Source of the DNA: the human T2T-CHM13v2.0 reference genome, Homo sapiens
Assembly (NCBI RefSeq): GCF_009914755.1
Contig: NC_060931.1
Length of the DNA stretch: 64,000 nt
Reading direction: 5' to 3' (one strand)
In this document: positions 57,610-64,000 of the stretch, in pieces
Layout: every line of letters starts with the position of its first letter
Position numbering within the stretch: the stretch's first letter is position 1
Translations under genes and position numbers: made by a program
Notes under the pieces: generated by a model
Database searches by the model: none
The model's input: the letters and a program-made list of their open reading frames with translations, nothing else
Told to the model about the DNA's origin: nothing

Positions 57610-58930
57610 ACAAATGTCACCTATTTACAAAGGCCTTTCCTGATCACTCTATCTAAAATGGCACCCTGTGTCATTCTCTAATCCTTCTTCTCACTTTTCT
57701 TCAGTGCATACAGGTATAATTTTATTTATTTGTTTGTTTGTTTGTTTGTTTATTGACTGTCTCCCTCCAGAGAATCTAAGCTCCTTGAAGGCAGGGGATT
57801 TTGTGCTTTGTTCACTGTTATGTCATCAGTATCTGGCATATGGTAAGTATTTAATAAGTATTAACTGAATTACTGAATAACTTGCTAACTTACCAGCAAA
57901 ATGAACACAGACTCCAGAATCTCAAATTATCAAGCACTAAAAATGATGTCATCTAGGTGATTTCATCCAATGTCACGGCTTTAAATGGAATCTGTAACTC
58001 CCAGATAAGTACCTAGAGTCCTGACCTCTCCCCCTGAACTCTCTCTATTTGGCATCTCTACTTGGCTGTCTGAAGGGCACTCCAAGTTCTCCAGGTCAAT
58101 GACAGAAAGTTTGATTTGCCCTTTGGGGCTCATCTTCCTCTAGCACGCTCCATCTTCCTCTAGAGCTCTCCTGAGCCACTGCCGTCCACCTAGTTGCTCA
58201 AGTCCCAAAGCAGCCTTGATTCTCCTCATTCCTTCACCCTCCACATCCAATACATCATCTGCCCAGGGACATCACAAATCTATCCACAATGTTTTCCATC
58301 TCAGATGTTCCTATCCTAAATCAGCTTTATGTCTTGATTTATTTTGCTCTCTTTCTATCCTTGCCATCCTTTGAGCCTTTCTCCACATAACAAACAAATA
58401 TACATTTTAAAGACTTAAATTAGATCATGTTGTTCTCTGAAAACCTGAAAGGGACTCAACCCTGCACTTAGAATAAAATCAAATCTCTGACATCATCAAA
58501 AAGGCTCTTCATGACCTACTTCTACTGATCTCCTCTCCTACAATCCTGTCTCCTTGCACCCTAAAATTCAATAACATGTATTTCTCTCCATTCTGTCAAC
58601 CCCAAGCTTAGTCCCTCTTTAAGACTTCTCTGCCTGCTGTTTCCTCTAGTTTCAAGGCTATTTTTCTTTGTCACTACTTTTTGACACTAAGGTCTCTGCC
58701 AAAATATATCATCCTAGAAGTCTTCCTCACCACCTATGTAATGTCATCATCCACGACCAGCCCTGTTTATTCTCTTATCTCTTATCACCTTATCACCAAA
58801 TCACTTATGTATTTGTTTGCCCACATTTAAATATAGACTCCATGAGAACAAAGACTCATTTGTCTTAGAAATGGCACAATGCTTGGCTAATAGTAGAAGC
58901 TCATTAAATATTTATTGAATCAATGAATGA
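57610..58930 (+). mobile_element. L2 fragments (two 3' ends)
   Basis: aatgtcacct...aggcctttcctgatcact; taagctccttgaaggcaggga; taaatatttattgaatcaatgaatgaa tail. Confidence 0.8.
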
Positions 58931-60109
58931 ACTAACCAATTAATCATCAAACAAATGGTTATAAAACATTGCTTTTTATGCAAATTCCAAATTTATTTCA
59001 CCTTAAGGATTTAGAAACTCTATTCTAATTTAGTGTTATTAATATTTATTGTAAACTTCCTACACATAAGAGACTGAGATAAGATCTGAATACGCAAATA
59101 TTGATAAAACATGGACTTGACTTTTTAGACGCTTACTGGCTAGCTGAAGAAATATCAAAACAATCACAGTACCTGAGTACAACAATACAAGTACTCAGGA
59201 TGCAGAAATAGTAGAGAAAGGAGAGTGAGCAATATCTTGGATATGGAATAGCAAAAACAAAACAAACAAAGCAAAGCCAACCAACCACCCAAACAAAAAT
59301 CCTACCACATTCCAGCAGAGAGTTGGATACATACAATCTAATAATTCACCAGTGTACTAAGCAAATCCACTAAGTAATTCCAGCAGAGTGAATGCCATGT
59401 AGAAGGTAACACATGAAGGCTGCAGAAGCAACACACGTTCCTTTTGGATTTGGAATTTAAAGTATAGGAAATAGGGGAAAAAAATGGTTAGAGTGAAAGG
59501 CAGCAGGGCTAGACCTTTGAGAAACCAGGTGTGTCATACTAGAGAGTTTAAATGCTGCTGTGCAAGAGATAAGGAAAAGGTGAAGAGATTTCCTCAAAAC
59601 ATTCTCAAACACTAGTCTTATCAATTGTGAAAATGAAAGGAAACCTCTCTAAAGATGACGTTTCTGACACTTAAGATTGATATAATACTTAATAATGTCT
59701 CAGAAATGATTTTGGGGAGTGGTATATAGACATGGTGCTTTTATTCTTTATTTTGTTATTTTTCCATAGCAAGGATTAAAATTCTACCTAAGTAAATTTT
59801 TTTCTCATGGAAATACAATAATTTCTATATAAAAATTCAGCACTAAATACTTCATCTTGACTTACTCTTAAACTATAAGAAACTTTGCAGATTACCAAAT
59901 TAATATTTATGTTTAGTGCCTGACCTGGAGTAGGTAATAAATAGTTGCTGAATTTAATTACTTTCCTTGTTTTCCCAACTATACAATAAATTGTATAGAT
60001 GCTTGTCCTACATTAATATTTGTTAATAGATCCATGAAAATTTCAAATTGAATGGTAAATGTCACTGCAAATGAAGCTGAATAACAGAACTAGCATTACT
60101 TGAGTTTTT

Positions 60110-60250
60110 AGGTGCCGTTTTACAAATGATAAAATAGAGACTTACAGAGGTTAAGTATCTTGCCCAAGATCTGTCATCCAGCAGTGGATGGAGCAAAAAG
60201 TCAAATGAAAGCTTCAGTCTAAAGCCCATGTTTTTAAACTGCTGCTGTAG
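60110..60250 (-). mobile_element. MIR
   Basis: ttttacaaatgataaaatagagacttacagaggttaagtatcttgcccaagatc. Confidence 0.75.
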
Positions 60251-61384
60251 TGCAAAGTCTCTATTTCAGAAGGAGAGTATAACATCCTGATTACATATAA
60301 TAGGGATATACATCACTAAAAAGAAGGCATTAGGAAACGATGGCATTATTAGAATTAAAAGTGAATACACAGTATTAAACTGGTTTGCTCCAAGTTTTGC
60401 TAAATTTAGCAGCTGACAGCTGGCTAACTCTGTTGTGCTGAGGAAGTGGCTATTTCGTATCCTTTTAGTGATACACGTTCCCAGTATAAATTCATCTTTC
60501 ATGGTGGCCTAGATGTTCTTATCCTTACTTCCTTGAAATTTTGAGTTTTTCCTGGATACTCCTGTAGTATCATCAGACCCATCCCTCACCCTTTCCCTCA
60601 GGCACTGTGCACTGGGGAAAGCAGGACTTTGCTTTGAGGGAGTCCCTGTCTCTGACTTATTTGTTTAAAGCAGTCTGTGCTATAAAGTCTTACTATGCCC
60701 CCAAATTATCAGCCAAAGCACTGACTGGATTTGACATTTTTAATTGCTCATTAGCAAACAATGAAGATTTCAAAACAACAGCAGCAAGTCTACGAACAAA
60801 GATACTGAATAGGTAGAACTTTAATTAATTTTTCCTCAGTGACTTTTTTTAAAGGAAAAAAAGCCATTTTCACTATATTTTAAACATAAAATGAATATCA
60901 CATGACTGGATGTCTTTTTTGATTGTCTCAGTACACAGCAATGATATTGCTTAACATTAAACTTAGAGATTTATTTTAATGTTTATCACCTCCTTATAGT
61001 TATGGCTAGGTATTCATTGCAAATAGCTTTAAAATATATTATTTTTTCGTAGAGAAGATAAGAAAATAATTGAGCAAAACTAGAAATAATAATAATAAAT
61101 ACCGTGATTACATTTTCTTTATTTAGAAATGAATTCCCAAAGGGATTTTCTTGCCACCTTCAATTTTCTCATTGTTAGTCCATTTAACAAGCATATCTTA
61201 ACCACAAACAACAAGATCTATGCTAAATGTCAAGGGCTTTAAGAGTACGGCAATATTAATTTACAGCACATGCCCCTCCTGGAGTGCTGTGAGGGGCACA
61301 ATGTTCTTTGGAAATTCCGACAGAGAGTAACTGTCTCAGACAGTGACATATGACATAAGTATTCTTATGAAACATAACAATAAA

Positions 61385-62545
61385 ACAAGCAGGGTGAAGT
61401 TACCACTCAATTTAAAAAGATAACATTCCCATTACAATGGCAACTCCCTGTATATTCCTCCCAGATCTCACCCCTCTGTGGTCATCCCCAAGGTTTGTTT
61501 CTATATGCCCTTGCTTTTTTACATTGTTTTTTCTACCTAGGTATAGCTAAACAAATATTGTTTAATTCTGCTCATTTTTGAGCTTAATAAAAATCATATC
61601 ACACTGTAGGAAGTCTGATATTTGTATTTATCATTCAATATTATGTCTGAGATCCAACCATGTTGACGTCTGTAGTTAGAGTTCATTCATTTGCACTTCC
61701 ATATGGTTATAGAATCTGTTAAACATTCTCTTGTTTGTTTCCAGTTCTTTGCCTTTGCAAACAGTGCAGCTATAAACATCCTTGCCCATGCTTGATGGTA
61801 TAGATATACAAATTTTCACATGCTTAACTAGTAGAGTTGATGGAACACAAAACACATACCTGCTATCTGTGTATTTTACCTAAAAATAAGAAAATCTTAC
61901 CCAAATTTTTTGTACCAGTTTACACTCTCACTAGTAGTATATGAATGCTAATTGTTCCACATCTTGACAGATATTATATTGCCATATTTTTAAAGTCTTG
62001 TCGATATAATTAAGATAAACTGTTTATATTATTGGGGGTTTATTTGTATTTATTATTCAGGGTTAATTTGTATTTCCTTAATTACTAATGCATTTGAGCA
62101 TTTTTTCATATTTTTATTGCCCCATTGCTTTTCTTCCATGAAATCTATTCATTTTGTCTACCTATATTCCAACAGAATTGTTTGCTTTTGTCTTATTCTT
62201 TTGCAGGAGGTCTTTGTATTATTATGAATATCAAATTTTAGTCAACTATATGTGTGACAGATATTTCTCCAGTTTTCTCATGATTTTTTTCACGAACAGG
62301 AAACTTAAGTTTTATATAGTTTTGTTAATATTTTCCTTTATGGTGATACTTTTTTGTGTCCTGTTTATGAAACATTTCCATACCAAGAGGTCATAAAGAT
62401 AACCTTCTATGCATTCTAAAAATTTTAAAAGTTTATATTTTCCTCTTAAGAATTTGATTCACCTGGAATTGATGTTTGCTGATGGTGTACAGAAGGGAGA
62501 GATTCAATTTTTTTCCATATGCAGAATCATTTGTCTTAACATTAC
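61385..62545 (-). mobile_element. L1ME-like 3' fragment
   Basis: ctgagatccaaccatgttg...gttcattcatt; ataccaagaggtcataaagat...cacctggaattgatgttt. Confidence 0.8.
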
Positions 62546-63076
62546 TTAAGATTTTAACACAACACTAATCTACAAAGCTACCTCTATTTTAAAATATGAC
62601 ACTTACATATATGCATGATAAATTTTTCCAATTTGTACTATTGGAAACTACAGACCCTAAATGATGCTTAGCCCTAATTTGGGGAACGAAAAGAGTAGAG
62701 AGCTCAATGGCTCTGCTTAAGAAATTTAAGTGATTTAGCAGTGGAGGGTGGCAACATAAAAAGACAGGAGTTTTGATTTGGATTATAGTCATTCTCAAGA
62801 AAATGGAGAGGTCCAGACAAGATAAAATTCCTATAAAAGCAAGAATGATGGATTTTTAGAATAGTGATGTATAATCTTCAATACAAAGTTGCTGTTTGAA
62901 TTAGCTATTCAGTTTTCTGAATCTCCAGTAAATGTCAGCCACATATTAGTGTCTGGGAATTTGGAGAGCTTTTCATGAGGAACAAAGCAACCCAAGAAAA
63001 AATGAGTCATTTTAGAAGGCAAGATGGAGATCAGGGGTCAAGAATGCAGCAGGAGCAGGATATTCGATCAAGAACG

Positions 63077-63125
63077 GGCCAGGCACAGTGGCTCATGCCT
63101 GTAATCCCAGCATTTTGTGGTTGTG
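63077..63125 (+). mobile_element. Alu 5'-end fragment
   Basis: ggccaggcacagtggctcatgcctgtaatcccagcattttg, then non-Alu sequence. Confidence 0.85.
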
Positions 63126-63256
63126 AGGAACAACATAACTTTTCGTTTAACAGTCCAATAAAGAGATCTGGAACTATATAGGAGGAAAAACCTAATATCA
63201 GCCTCCCATTAACCCACCGTGTCTAAGAATAACGCTCATATTACTCTTGTCCATTC

Positions 63257-63260
<4 letters not shown>

Positions 63261-63302
<42 letters not shown>

Positions 63303-63583
63303 AGACAGAGTCTCACTCTGTAGTCCAGGCTGGAGTGCAGTAGTGTTATCATAGCTCACTGCAGCCTCTATCTCCTGGGCTCAAGCCATCCTCCCACATC
63401 AGCCTCCTGAGTAGCTGTGACTACAGACACATGCCACAAAGCCTGGCTAATTTTTTAATCGTTTGTAGAGACAGGGTCTCACCATGTTGCCCAGACTGGT
63501 CTCAAACTCCCGGACTCAAGCAATTCTCCTGCCTCGACCTCCCAAAGTGCTGTGGTTATGGGCGTAAGCCACCATGTCTGGCC
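63261..63583 (-). mobile_element. AluJ with a pure T41 tail
   Basis: AluJ diagnostics (atcatagctcactgcagcctc, gggctcaag); uninterrupted poly-T 63261-63301. Confidence 0.93.
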
Positions 63584-63884
63584 CATTCTTGATGTAATAT
63601 CCTGCTCCTGCTCTGACTGCTGCTCTGAATCTTGCCTTCTAAAATGACTTTAAATGAAAGTAAAAAGTTTACATTAGTCGTCTGTGCAGGACCTGTGGAT
63701 CATCACTAATTTCCACATTCACCCCTCTCTTGGTGGTGGACAACAGCCCTGGTGGAAGAGTTAGTCCTACTTTGACACTTGCAATACTAGAGTCTAGGGT
63801 TGAGGATAGGCACCCTGCAATGTCATGGCAAGATAAGTGTCCTGATAAGGGGACAGAAAATCTACTGCTGTTATGTTGATATGT

Positions 63885-63908
63885 TTCTCTCTCTCTCTCT
63901 CTCTCTCT
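63885..63908. repeat. (TC)n microsatellite
   Basis: Read directly from the sequence. Confidence 0.9.
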
Positions 63909-64000
63909 GTGATTTAAGAGTTTCTATCCAAACAAGATAGAAATATATTCAGCAGCTGAGATGGCTATTGGAAATTCATCTACAATCCTTTCTGGGGATC

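Overview
AT-rich primate (human/ape-like; AluY present) genomic DNA with no CpG island, RNA gene or protein-coding gene that I can identify. It looks like a deep intron or intergenic region. The supplied ORFs are almost all Alu/L1 translations or chance ORFs. Much of the window is transposon-derived: about 17 Alus or Alu pieces, several L1s, MIR/L2, MaLR/ERVL/HERV-K LTRs, a near full-length Tigger1 and hAT MITEs. The most notable observations are: (1) an L1PA with a twin-priming inversion whose TSD lies about 330 bp past its poly(A), suggesting a 3' transduction; (2) a fossil of almost a whole Charlie/Buster hAT transposase ORF (- strand, ~38.75-40.46 kb) with a nearby duplicated piece; (3) a second, much older Tigger-type fossil; (4) several templated-insertion scars; (5) a MER11D-like solo LTR nested in an LTR33-like element; (6) weak candidate exons and small ORFs. 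I found no evidence strong enough to claim a new biological system. Subfamily names come from remembered consensus sequences, and boundaries of old repeats are approximate.
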